Origin: Styela clava
Lineage: Eukaryota
NCBI RefSeq assembly: GCF_964204865.1
Contig: NC_135264.1
Coordinates: forward strand, 2,046,001-2,110,000
Reading direction: 5' to 3'
DNA: 64,000 bases
Positions 1 to 11,630 of the stretch are shown piece after piece. The position numbers were made by a program, and so were the translations under genes. The notes under the pieces are model-generated. The model was not told the origin of the DNA, made no database searches, and saw only the letters and a program-made list of their open reading frames with translations. Position 1 is the first letter of the stretch. The number at the start of each line of letters is the position of its first letter.

Positions 1-496
1 TGTTCCAAAATTTTTTTTGAATTGTGCAAATTTAATGTTGCCCGACAAAGATAGTTGGAGTGCAATGAAAACTGTCGGACAACTGCGTCATGAAAAAGAT
101 CAGAAATTACAACCGAACGAAGACTCCCTTTATAGACCAATCGAAAGAGAAACTAGGGTTTTCAATCCTGTTGTAATACCCAAAAAATTACAAAAAGAAT
201 TACCATATAAAGTAAGACCGAAGTTACGAAGAGAAAAAATAGAAAGCAGACAAGAAGGAATGATGAAAGTTGCGATTGTCAGAGAACCGAAAGATAGAAA
301 AATAGTCGAACTTATGACAGCATTGCGTGCGCTTGATCATGACAAAAAGAAAAAGACCAAACAAGAGAAGAGGGTCAAATATCTCAAGCACAGAGAAATG
401 TTAGAAAAAGAGGAAATCAAAAATAAATGGAAACATAAAGAAGCAAAAAGGAAAGCTTACGCAATGCTGAATCAAAAACAGAAGAAGAAAAGATAG
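1..496 (+). CDS. BMS1: Ribosome biogenesis GTPase BMS1, C-terminal coding part (5' incomplete)
   Basis: Frame is open from base 2: VPKFFLNCANLMLP..WSAMKTVGQLR..NEDSLYRPIERETRVFNPVVIPKKLQKELPYK. This matches the BMS1 C-terminus I recognise, followed by a basic coiled tail. TAG at 494-496; AATAAA at 818-823. Confidence 0.92.
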   Translation, partial: VPKFFLNCANLMLPDKDSWSAMKTVGQLRHEKDQKLQPNEDSLYRPIERETRVFNPVVIPKKLQKELPYKVRPKLRREKIESRQEGMMKVAIVREPKDRKIVELMTALRALDHDKKKKTKQEKRVKYLKHREMLEKEEIKNKWKHKEAKRKAYAMLNQKQKKKR

Positions 497-1149
497 GAAA
501 TTTAGTTACACTTGAAGAGCTTCTCATTGTATCTTATATGCTAAATTAAAGCATGAAAGCTATTCAGAATTTTCGACTTATAAGGGCATTAACTAAATAG
601 ATACCAAATAGAAACAATTTTCTTTTACATTTATTAATATCATCCAATTGTATTTTCCACTAAGGCAGCCAGTGTTATGTTGATTGATCCATAGTAATTT
701 TTTGAAAAGAGAGATATTGCATGAAAGGCAGTGTTTCTATTCTTGCATATTCTTTGAAAATACTTTTAGGGGATTTATTTGTGTTTCTTAGCTAAATTTT
801 TCGAATAATGTTAATTGAATAAACAAACAGTCTACTGTCAGGTAGCTTACATGTCATTTTTTTCTCGTACTGCATCTTGTTTAAAAGACATGTATTTGTG
901 TCAAAACTAAGGTTATTTGCATACTACTGTATTTGAAATGGTATTGTAATTATTGATGCCATCATAGACTAATGCTAAATTGTGCTTTCATGTATGTCTT
1001 TCTCCCTCCTCTGGATAGGAACAGTCCTATTTCACTAAGTGTCTTATTATTTTCTTTGCCTAGATGATTACCTAATTTCAGGCACATTAAATTAACATTT
1101 GAGTACTGATTGGCATGAAGACTGAAGTTGTTTTGTGAATATTACAAAC

Positions 1150-1677
1150 ATGGGAAGACGTTATTACTGTGAATTCTGCGATCGGGCATTTTTAGACAAT
1201 CTGAATGCGAGAAAGAAGCATGTTGTGAGCAGTACGCATCAACAGTTGCGGAAGGCCTATTATGACAAATTCAAAACTAAGCAACAAAAGCTGAATGACG
1301 AACTTGCAAAGCCACGAATATGCAAATATTACCAGAATTCAGGGAATTGCCAATTTGGGTCTAGTTGCCGATACCGTCATATTAGCGATGTCGAAATAGA
1401 GAGAATAAAGAAAGAAATTAATGAAGAATCAAAAAAAGATGAAATGAGCAATAGAACTGTCAAAAACTGGCTTTCTTTAAACAAACAAAAACAAATCAGC
1501 AAAGAAAAGCTTGAGAAAACTGGTGGTGCTGCGGTCTCTGAGCGGAAAATCCCTGACATCCCTCAAACATCAACTGTACTCCCAGATTCTTTGAAGCAGT
1601 TGCCCTTTCTTCCTTTGTCGATGCAACCACCTCCAGAAGATGGTTGGCCACGACTTAATGAGGTTGAATGGGGATGA
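1150..1677 (+). CDS. ZMAT5: Zinc finger matrin-type protein 5 (U11/U12 snRNP 20 kDa), single coding exon, 175 aa
   Basis: ATG at 1150. MGRRYYCEFCDRAFLDNLNARKKH...H (matrin/U1-type finger), then a CCCH finger CKYYQNSGNCQFGSSCRYRH, and C-terminal LPLSMQPPPEDGWP...EWG typical of ZMAT5. Confidence 0.93.
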   Translation: MGRRYYCEFCDRAFLDNLNARKKHVVSSTHQQLRKAYYDKFKTKQQKLNDELAKPRICKYYQNSGNCQFGSSCRYRHISDVEIERIKKEINEESKKDEMSNRTVKNWLSLNKQKQISKEKLEKTGGAAVSERKIPDIPQTSTVLPDSLKQLPFLPLSMQPPPEDGWPRLNEVEWG

Positions 1678-1926
1678 TATGATTGGGCCTTTTGACATGG
1701 ATTTCATGTTGATCATTGGTCCTTTGTAAGGCTTGCATGAATTGTAAAACAGAGTAGACAAAAAGTGGTATCTGTGCTGGCGGTGAATTGATGCTCAATT
1801 AAGAATTATTATTAAGGCATTGGATTCTTTGCGATTTCAAGGCAATATAAATTACATTGGTGAGAAACTGTGAATCAGCGTTCTAACTTGAAAAAACTGG
1901 AATCATCTTAAATTTGGACATAAATT

Positions 1927-2155
1927 GGTGCTCCAGAAGTGTGTGTACCAATATGGAGGTAACTAATTTTGTTCGCCTACTTTACATCAGGTTGTGTGAA
2001 GGGACTGAAACCTATGGGCAGGGGTTATGGTATATTCACTTGGCTAACAGAGACAGTCCCTGAACTCGTAATAAACTTAAAATAAGGAAAATTCGGAATA
2101 AAATTCGGAAGGTTATGGCCTTACCCTAACCTGGTACACATACTACGGGAGCACC
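1927..2155 (+). mobile_element. MITE family A (about 215-230 bp, 24-bp TIR GGTGCTCC.G.AGT.TGTGTACCA)
   Basis: Ends ggtgctccagaagtgtgtgtacca and tggtacacatactacgggagcacc are inverted repeats. Homologous copies at 5058-5274 (reverse) and 47167-47376. Confidence 0.85.
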
Positions 2156-2282
2156 TATAAATTATTGTTTCGATCAATGGTATATATGAAATCAGGACAG
2201 AGAACTCATCTATGATTATATTTATTGCCCAGGTATTTGTCAAAGTTCATTTTGTAATATAAAATTAAAATAAAGCAGCACA

Positions 2283-5200
2283 ATGTGGGGTGCCGCTAGA
2301 GGAACTTTTCAAAGATGTGCGATACCTGTTTTAACAGCATGTACGGTCGAAACAAAAATTAATTCAAGGAATGTTTTAAGACCAGTGTCAAGAACACTTG
2401 CTGTAAGTTCATTTCAGTATTGCTATTGTAAATTCAAGTTCATGGTGTTGAACTCTACTATGTTGGTGTGACCGATTAAAAATCTTTGATTCTAATACTG
2501 TGCCTAGCAGCCCACATCCATTGGGTAGTTTCATGTCAAACTTGAATAAACTGGCCTTTTCAAGATATATCAGCTCTTCAACGTTGATAAATTTTGATTT
2601 AGTGAATTATTTCGTGTAGAATTTGTCTAAAAACCAAATTTGTTTCATTCAAAATCACAACAACGCAACATCAGGGAAAATCTATGTTCCAATTGGCATC
2701 TAGTTTCAATCGACACGCATTTTCCTCTGATAGTAATAAAGGGTATTAAAAAACAGCAACACACAAAAACTCTGACTGCCGTCCAAGTACCCCTGGAAAT
2801 CTTCTCGTGAACCCCTGGGGGTTCGCGAACCCCAGGTTGAGAACCCCTGATTTAGATACTTGTAAGTTTGTAACTAAATATTTTCCTCTTCATACGTGCA
2901 TATAATATATTGGTCGATACTGAAATAATACATCTATTCTGAAATAAAAATAATAAAAAAAAATTAATACCTTCAGAAATACATTATAAAAGTTCAATGC
3001 TTCAAATTTCTTTTTCAGGTATCATCAGTGCAATTCAATTCACCGAAACGAGGTTTTCTTGAAAATTTTTTAGATAATCTTAAACAAGAATATAACAAAG
3101 ACGCAGAATTAAAAGAGAGTATTAAAAAATTTCGAAAGGAAGCACAAGAACTTGAAGATTCAGAGGTAAAAGTTTCCTGTGTGCTATAATACCTAGTTCA
3201 GATTTTATTGCACCATATCTAATCCTAATTACCGGTTTTCCATCTCTTTGATATATATCTTCTGCGTAGAAGAATGTCTTCAATAATAATGTACCAATGA
3301 CATCTATTTTTTAATGTAATTTTACAGGCACTTAAAAAAGCAAGACAAAAATATGAGGAGATCAGTCGAGAAACTGGACAAGGTACAGATGCCGTTCGTG
3401 AAACACTTGGAAAAATAAAAAGCAGAGTATCTGAGGTGCTTCTTATTTTAAAATAACAACAAAATATTCGAAATGTGTGAATAATATTAATTTTAAGTAA
3501 TTGTTTTAAAGCATTTATAAAAAAGTCATCATAATTGTTATTTTTTTATGGATATGACAGCAAATATAAAAAGATTTCCCAACGTTATAGCTGACCACAG
3601 CCTTACGTCTTAGTCACAGCCTTAGGTGTTAAGTAAATAATATTTCAGCCAACTTATTGCATGCATAAATGAGAGGCGTGTTTTAATGTGTGTCCAGAAA
3701 AGTTGCGGCGAGAAATTTCGCAGCGGGAAATCTCGCCATAGGAAAATACGCGCATAAAAAATCATCTCAAGCTTTTTGCTGTAAAACAAGTATTTCTGAT
3801 TAAAACAGTTAAGTTTATAGGGTTAGGGTATGCTCTTAAATAAGAATCTTTTTTTAATAAAAAGGTACTTCAAAAACCTAACTGCTTTTATCACAAATAC
3901 TTGTTTTACAGCAAATGCTCATGCAACGATTTTTCTTATGTGGCGAAATTTTCTGCAGCAAGATTTCCTACGGCGAATTTTCCTAGAACCGTTTCTAATG
4001 CTGTTATATCAACCATAAACAGTACTTCAATCAAATTCAAAGACAATTGGACACTAACAGAGATCATTAGTTTTCATGTCATTTCTTAAATTTGTTGATA
4101 GGCCAGTGAAGAAATCAGTAAAACAGAATTTGTCAAACAAGCAAGTCGGGTGTCAGAAGGAATCAGTGAAGCTGCAAAATCTGCAACAGATAGTGAAGCT
4201 TTCAAAAAAGTAGCCTCAGGTTTCGATAACATCACAAAAGGAACTGGAATTCCACCTTCTTCACTGTATAGACCACCAGGTAAATAATGCTTTTCATTTC
4301 GTCGGAATTTAATACAATATAATGAATATTTGAATTCGGAAATAATTTAAAACCTTTTTATTTCAAAATTAGGAATTTCGACGCGCCAGACAAGTAGGGC
4401 TGTTCAAGCTAACCGAATATTCAAAATCGAATCACAAATTATTTGAATCGTTTTGCGGCTAGATTGGGAATTACTAAAATGAGGTACCTAAATCGAAAAA
4501 AGTCTATCCGGCACCTTTGCACGGCGTTTTTTAGCGGGCAAGCAGTGGCTTACCTGATACTAGGACGACTCTTGGTCGCAATGCCCGGTGTTATGTTATT
4601 GTTCAATTGAGACAGATATATAGGATTGCGCAATAATATTCGATACTAATCTAAAAAAAATATTCAATTTTGGACAGCCCTGCAGACAAACAGATCAAAA
4701 CATATGATATCTCAATTAGTAACAAATCCAAATTTACGTCATTTTAGATATGATCAAAATGAAGATATAATGATTTATGTAATTTTCCACATGAGCTTGC
4801 CCCCAATTTGGAATGTATTGGATATTCCGTGTTGAGAATATTTTCACAGAATGTATTCGGAATAGTGAAATATTTGATTTTGGCCACCCCTGGCTTGGTG
4901 TACAAGTTGACAACGTTTTCAATGTATTGCAGCTCTCATCTGGTCACTTGAAATTTATTGCCATTATATGTTGATAACATTTTCTGTCAAAGTTTGTAAT
5001 ATATTTGATAAGACAAATGAGCTTGGAATTATTTAGCGAGCATATTGATAAAAATATGGTACTCCTGTAGTGTATGTACCAGGTTAAGGTGAGGCCATAA
5101 TTTTATTCCGATTTTCCTTATCTTATTTCTTTTACGAATTTGGAGACTGTCTGTGTTAGCCAAGCGAATATATCCCCTGCCCATAGGTTTCAACACCTTT

Positions 5201-8200
5201 ACGCAACTTGACGTAAGGTGGGCGAACAAAATTAGTTCCCTCCATATTGGTACCACACACTTCTGTGGAGCACCAAAAATAATATAATGCAATATAACTT
5301 GAGAATTAGAAGTTGTAACTTGTAGTACCTGTGCTGTGCACTTCATTTAGCCTTGGTGAAAAAGACTTACCGTATTTATTCAATTACAACGCGCACTCGT
5401 GTATTTAAATTTTGAATGAAAATTGGTATAAAATTCTTTTTTTTATTTTTTCTCTAAGTCGAAAGTCATGGGAGTTTCATCCATGTTGCCTATCTGTGAG
5501 AGTTCAAAGTTGTGCTGCTTACGCATACTGATTATAAATGTATGAAATAAATGGATCTTTTCTTCTAAATCTTGAGGCAACTTTTGTGCAATTTTTGTTT
5601 TCTGGCGTAGTGCAAGTCCATGCCTTCTCATAAACTTTTGTGCCCAACCATTAAATGCTTTAAAGGTTGAATCTTTGCAAATCTTTTGTGCACGGAGTCT
5701 AATATGGAGCGAAGTGACGATGTACCCACTAGATCTTTGATCAACTATCCAATCATAAAGCTCCTTCTCCAACTCTGGGTACCGGGCTTGTCTCCCTCGC
5801 CGCGCTTTCTTTGTTTTGTTCATATCTTTTAGAACAATTTTCTGCTTTCTCCAATCTCTGACATTTGTCTCTGGTACATTGAATTCTCTAGAAGCTTTTC
5901 TATTTCCATGAGTTTCCGCATAATCAACAACCTCCAGTTTGAATGCAGCCCTATATGCAGAACGTTTTTGTCTTGCCATAATAGATAATGGGTAATATAT
6001 AATGGGTATCTACAGTACAGTACGATAATGGCAAATAAATATTCTCAACGCAGCGGGAATGTCAAACGCATGCTGAGCTGTCGCATGTGCGTGTGCTTGC
6101 ACGAAATCGAACGCTTGCACGAATGTCAAACGCACGCTGAGCTGTCGCATGTGCGTGTGCTTGCACGAAATCGTCCTGCATTAAATTGTGCATGCGCGAG
6201 CGCACGCACGTTTCAGATGTTTAAAACCACATTTTCAATACCGCATTTCTCAGACCTCGTGTATAACGCGCAGCATTGATTTTTGCCTAAAATTCAGTTC
6301 AAAATTTTGCGCGTTATAATCGAATAAATACGGTACATGTGAAGGTTGCATTTTAAGAGGTTAAAAAGATAATGGGTGTCACTTTATAATCATTGAGTTC
6401 CAAGAATCTTAAGAACAGTGAAATGCGCTCCTTGTGATAAGACCTATGAAACACTGGTACCGACATTTCTAGTATGTGCTAAAAAGTTCGAACTAAATAG
6501 CGACATTTTCTGAAACGAGTAGCAGATATTTCAAACTTTTATTTTTAAAATCTTCTTCCAGCATCTTTACGAATGCGAAATGAACTTCAAACAAAAATAA
6601 ACACAGAAGAAATTGAAGCAAATGAAGATGCAACTGGTGTAGTTATGCATAAAGATTCAGTTTGGAATCAACAATGGGAAAACTTTAAGAACAGTAAAGT
6701 TGGTGAACGTAAGTAAGCCCTAATAAAATTCTCAAGTATTACAGTGTTGGGTACAAATCTTTGAATGCCAAATCGTTAGTCAAGTTGAGTAACCATGTTT
6801 CATCCATTTCGAATTAATTGTTCACTGTACTCCTTAGTCGCCAGCCAAGTTGAGTTCAAAGATTTAATAAACAAAAGTGAAATGGATAAATATGAGTCAA
6901 ATTGACACTATTACATTCACCGCACATTAGTTAAAAAGTCATAATGTATGGACAACATTTACCTTGGCAGTAACGTGTCTTGAGTATTTCCACAAACTAT
7001 CCATGTTGTGAATCATATTTCATCAGTGTTTTTCTCTCTATTTCAAAGACACTGTCAAAATTCTGATCCGTAAACTAGTTTTTCCAGAGGTTTGTCATAT
7101 TCAAGTTGAGTCTTTTTATGTCGATGACTCAGGTCACTGTCATATAAAAAGGTGTTTTGACTTCAGTCACTGACTCCAGTCTCCCCCAACACTATTAGGT
7201 CCATGGTTCTTAGTATAAATTTGTCATCATATTGGCTTTACTCTGCCCGAAGATAATTTTTCCATTATTTGGATTCTAGATTGTCACTGGCATATTTTGT
7301 GTTGATGAATATGGCAGTTCATATCTTGTGTAAGTTTATATTAATAATAAAATTTTTATCGATATTTCAAGGGATATCAGATTTAAGAATGAAATATGAT
7401 GAGAGTGACAACCCGATGATAAGAGCATCACGTTTCATAACAGAAAAAATCGGAGATGTAGCAGGTATAAATCAATACACACTTTCATAATTTTCAAAAT
7501 CCTGAGTTCTACATTTGAAGAATGTTTCAATGGCTGTGGCAACGAACCCAATCGGCACTATTGGATGTATGTAATGGAATTGTTTCTTCAAACACAGTAT
7601 GCACATCTTTAATACTGAAACACATATTTTGGGAACTTTTATTGTTGGTATTAGGTCTTGATTTATTAATTTCGTAAATTTCTAAACAGGAGGTGTTTTC
7701 GGTAAAACTGATGTCTCTGAAGTGATGACGGAAATTGCGAAAATGGAACCAAATTTTTCAGCACAAAGTTTCTTAAGATTTTGTCGTAAAGAGCTCATTC
7801 CTAATATACTTGAAGCTATTTGTCAAAACGAAAAAGAAATCGTTAAAGACTGGTGCACAGAAGCAGTAAGTACTATCCTTTGTCTGCAGGGGTGGGCAAG
7901 GTTTTTGTACCTTTTGTACCAGGGGCCGAGAATTTTGCCCACCTAGACTGCCGGGCCATGTAAGTGTGACGTGAAATGTTACATTTTATGAACAATATTC
8001 ACAATGTTACAAAAGCAAAAGTGGAAAACAATAAGTCTCGTGCCAAAACTAAACTTGATTGCAATCTCAACAAATTCCTTGAGCTATTTTTAAACTTATT
8101 AAACATCAAATATCATCATTTGGTTTTAGTTTGGTTGTGGCAGCATCAGACTGGCCAGATTGAATTACCCAACGAGCCAGAATTGGCGGCATATTTTTCC

Positions 8201-9684
8201 CATGTCAGTTCTATACTTGATAGATACTTGTAATATTAATATGGTAACATGTGCCTAACTTTGTTCATAAATATTTGATATAAATAATACTTCCAAGTTT
8301 AGTAAAATTCACTAATATATCTAAATTGGAATTTACTTTTTAATAAGGTACCGTAATTTTGATAACCTTGTATAACTAATCATGAAAAGTTATTTTTCTG
8401 AAATTCCCACCGATTGGCCAAGTTCCTGTATCATATTTATGTTGTGAAGATGCACCGTTTTTAAACTTCAACAAACCGTTTAATACTTATATTAAAATTT
8501 AAATAAGTTCGTCATGTTAATTGTAGTAACGATTCAAAATTCTTTTATTTCATATTTTAGCCATATACTCAGTTAATATTCCCGATCACTCAAGCGGAAC
8601 AACACGGTCTTCGTTATCACTCCAGGGTGATAGATCTTGATCATATCGATATTGCGGCTGCAACAAAGGTACGAGATATAGCTCGTTTATTACACGATAC
8701 GTTTATATGCGTGACATTTGTGAGTCTGAATGCTTGTCAAATTATATTTATTAGCTTTCATGTCCTGTTACCAGTCCATGTCGGGTATGGAATTATTTAG
8801 CCGATTATTTGTTTTCAGTTGCATGGACTTCATGGTGGAGAAAGTCGTAACAGACCAGCAGTTACGTGAACCACCTTACAGCGGTGAGGTGTCCAGCAAT
8901 CCTCTCGCACATAATTAACTCTGTACAGAATTCAATCCTACAACTCATGCAGGGTAATCAGAGATGCAGTGGCGAGCTTATTCCTAACGCTCAACACGTT
9001 GATACTTGAGTGAGAGTGAAATACAATGTTACCTGTAGTATTTATGAGACAAGAGAGCTATGCTCAAATATATGGACACGTAGCGCCACCCAGTGGCAAT
9101 AATTTTGATGACGTCATAGCGAGAGAAAAAAAGTAATAGCCTTCTGGAGAAAAATTTTATCTTTAACCATTGAAAATATCAAAGCAATTGGTCCAGTACA
9201 ATACAAATAACAATAACAACAAAATTTTGAAACGATCATTATGGCCACTAAACGTGTCCAATAAAACTGGTCAATTTGTATTGATCCTTCTTTGTCTATT
9301 TCTTGTAAAAGTATTATTTTTCTATATCTCAGGTTGATCAGGGTCCTGTACTTGTCATTAGTTTTCAAACACAGCAAATTATTTATGTTCAAAATTCTAG
9401 AGGTGAAGTTGTTGAAGGTGATGCGGTAAGTAGTCATTTTTGTTTGTTTCAAAAAAACCTAAAATATTCAGATGCTTAATATGATCAATACTGTGTAGTT
9501 GAAAATATTTGAATTTAGTTTGATTGTTGAGCAATGAGTTTTATTCATGTTTGTGATGTTACAGGAACAAGTGATGAGAGTATATCATGTGTGGGCTCTT
9601 TGTCGTGACCTAGAAGAGATGAACCCAAGAGCTGCTTGGAGGCTGATCGATCAGTCTATGTCAGCCACCCCAATGTTACTATAA
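2283..9684 (+). CDS. TIMM44: Mitochondrial import inner membrane translocase TIM44, 10 exons, about 429 aa
   Basis: join(2283..2402,3019..3165,3328..3435,4102..4279,6562..6708,7372..7464,7690..7865,8561..8668,9333..9425,9565..9684). All introns are GT-AG and phase-consistent (1290 nt). Arg/Ser-rich presequence; motifs RGFLENFLDNLKQE..KESIKKFR, MKYDESDNPMIRASR, IPNILEA..KDWCTEA, QGPVLVISFQTQQ, YHVWALCRD..AAWRLID. Confidence 0.95.
3690..3991. mobile_element. Foldback-like MITE in TIMM44 intron 3
   Basis: Arms are built from repeated GAAATTTCGC-like units in inverted orientation, with central agggttaggg. Boundaries are approximate. Confidence 0.5.
4395..4682. mobile_element. hAT-type MITE
   Basis: TIR tagggctgttcaa / ttggacagccctg. 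Flanks cagacaag / cagacaaa fit an 8-bp TSD (7/8 match). Confidence 0.75.
5058..5274 (-). mobile_element. MITE family A copy
   Basis: Reverse-complement homologue of 1927-2155 over its whole length. Confidence 0.85.
5443..5979 (-). CDS. Truncated pogo transposase: Brinker-type DBD plus CENP-B/Tc5 HTH, ending just after the first catalytic Asp
   Basis: YRAAFKLEVVDYAE..GNRKASREFNV..VRDWRK; YPELEKELYDWI..QR; FKAFNGWAQKFMRRHGL; IGNMDETPMTFD, then stop. Confidence 0.8.
   Translation of the reverse strand: MARQKRSAYRAAFKLEVVDYAETHGNRKASREFNVPETNVRDWRKQKIVLKDMNKTKKARRGRQARYPELEKELYDWIVDQRSSGYIVTSLHIRLRAQKICKDSTFKAFNGWAQKFMRRHGLALRQKTKIAQKLPQDLEEKIHLFHTFIISMRKQHNFELSQIGNMDETPMTFDLEKK
6057..6173. repeat. 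Tandem duplication, about 53-bp unit, 64-bp period, inside the pogo 5' region
   Basis: gaatgtcaaacgca(t/c)gctgagctgtcgcatgtgcgtgtgcttgcacgaaatcg at 6057 and 6121. Confidence 0.9.
8830..9000 (-). mobile_element. tRNA-derived SINE-like repeat copy
   Basis: Shares the core atgtgc.aga.gattgctggac.cctc.ccg...ggtggttc.cgtaa with 17517-17567. Degenerate A-box-like head near 8980-9000. Confidence 0.6.
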
Positions 9685-10259
9685 CAAAACTGATTAGGTC
9701 GAGATATTGCAATTTCTCAATAATTAGCGAGTGTATTTAAATGTTTAGCCAAGCTTCATTACAAAATTGTGATAGGCCTAAGCTCCATAGTGGATATTTT
9801 TTCATGGTGACAGACATCAGTTTTTCTTTAAGTTTCTCTATGCCTTTAACTACCATTTCTATGATCCTGTATTTGTCCATTATGATCAAATCCTCAATTT
9901 AATAATAAAATGGTTCACACCTTGCAAACTGGGAACAGGACAACTTATATTTGCGCCGAATTCTGTACAGCCGAAGCCGAAGTGTATTCTGACAGCATTT
10001 ATTTCACAAAGCATTCTTCACAGATAATTAAAGAACATTGCATACACCAACATAAGTTTTCGTAGTCGAAATTTTGTCTTCCTGGAGCTAGAGTTTTGGG
10101 TTGAAAGTTCCATTTACCCGGAATTGTTTTTCTAAATTGATCAGAGTTTGGATTCTGGTGTAAATTTTCCCAGACTAACTCTGTGATGTGTAATATTTAA
10201 TATCGGTAGCGTTTATGCGTATGAATAAAACTTCATGCTTATCAAACCGATGAAGAATA

Positions 10260-10732
10260 TAGGCTTACCATATTTCTGAAGTGAAAAAACGGGGCAGTGC
10301 GGATTGGACAAGCCAGTCTGGGTTCGATTCCGGAGGCTTAGTAATAGTTTATTTAAACGTTCGTACCATGGTGGGTAGCTTACAGGCATTGAAATTAGCT
10401 GTAGTTCTTACCAAAATATCCTATATTAATCTTTGATTCAAATTATGGAAATAGCTCAATAGAAGAGTTGCACTCTGTTTTTGGAATTTTGTCGATGAAC
10501 GACAGTACATTTGGGTGGTAATTTAACGCATGGTTTAGAATCATAACAATTTCTCCATCTGAATTAGTGAAGTCAGTTGCAAAAGGCGGTAAATCGGCCG
10601 ACTCCGTCAAAAAAAAGTTCGTTTTAATATCAAATAAAAAATATTTATGACATTCCTACTGCATAACAAAGACGTTTAGATCTACCGATCGGAACGGCGG
10701 GATAAGTTTTTTAAATCGGTACGGTGAGCCTA
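10260..10732. mobile_element. hAT (Blackjack-like) MITE; a related right end lies at about 12100-12191
   Basis: TIR taggcttaccata / tacggtgagccta; cgggac subterminal motifs; second end gtatggtgagccta finishing at 12191. Confidence 0.6.
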
Positions 10733-11281
10733 CTGTATTTCGTATTTGTATACACTAAAATTAGTTTTACTGATTTACCTCATTGTTAATATGGCGGCGT
10801 TAAGCATAGTTGTAGAGTGTTCACTTCATTGGTATCGCGGGGAACCCTGCGCGGATTATAATCCAGTGTGAGCTATTAACTCCAGTACCTATAAATTACA
10901 AGTCGGTAAAATATTTTGAATCAAAATGCTAGTTATAAAGATATAAACATGAGCACAAGTTTGCAATCGTTAAAACGCTTGAGGTTGTATAATGTATACA
11001 TTGCAGTATTTCCCGAAACCAAAATAGGGGATACTGTTAAGGTGGGTAAACTGAAAGGGACTAGCACACATTTTCCAATTGTGACAAGTACACTAGCCCT
11101 GGATGCATCAGAAGTAAATCTGATTTGGTTTGACAAGCAGTTCCCAAAGTGGGCCGTGGCTTACGTTTATTGACGCGTTTTTTTTACCATAAGCCGTATA
11201 TAGCCTATAAATTATGTCGTCCGAAGCGAAAATATCCCTCCAGAGAGACAAAACCAATCTGATGAAACTTTTTCTTATTTA

Positions 11282-11630
11282 TTGATTACCTATTTATCAT
11301 CTTTACAAAAGCGGAATCGACACTCCTCGGGTTCGTGTTGTATCAAGGTAATTGAAATGGACGAGAATTTTTTTAATTCTCAAGCTTGCAACAACTTGAT
11401 ACCGGAGTTACATATTGATATGGAAGTTCGTTTCAAAGATGTATTTCAATCGGAGATTCCGGAATGGATAATTGACCCATTCATTAATATTTACCGACAT
11501 GAAATTCTTGAAAATGGGACGTATCACATTGCAAGGCGATTATACTCTAAGTCAGTGGTTCCCAAACTTTTTTTTTCGCGACCCCAATTTTCATAAAACC
11601 AAAGACTACAGATACTCGCGGCCCCGCTAT
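11282..11630 (+). mobile_element. Decayed hAT Buster-type transposase fragment followed by a CAGTGGTTCCCAAAC terminus
   Basis: LHIDMEVRFKDVFQSEIPEWIIDPF resembles ZBED8/SCAND3-like transposases; hAT-type terminus near 11553. Confidence 0.55.

Larger units (their letters stand above)
5370..6333 (-). mobile_element. Internally deleted pogo-superfamily (POGK/Passer-like) DNA transposon in TIMM44 intron 4
   Basis: 26-bp TIRs CCGTATTTATTC(A/G)ATTA(C/T)AACGCGCA with 2 mismatches; TA on both sides (5368-69, 6334-35); contains a truncated transposase ORF. Confidence 0.92.

Noticed and set aside
5029-5346. 105-aa ORF (and similar ORFs at 47181 and 23794)
   Set aside because: Chance reading frames through MITE family A.
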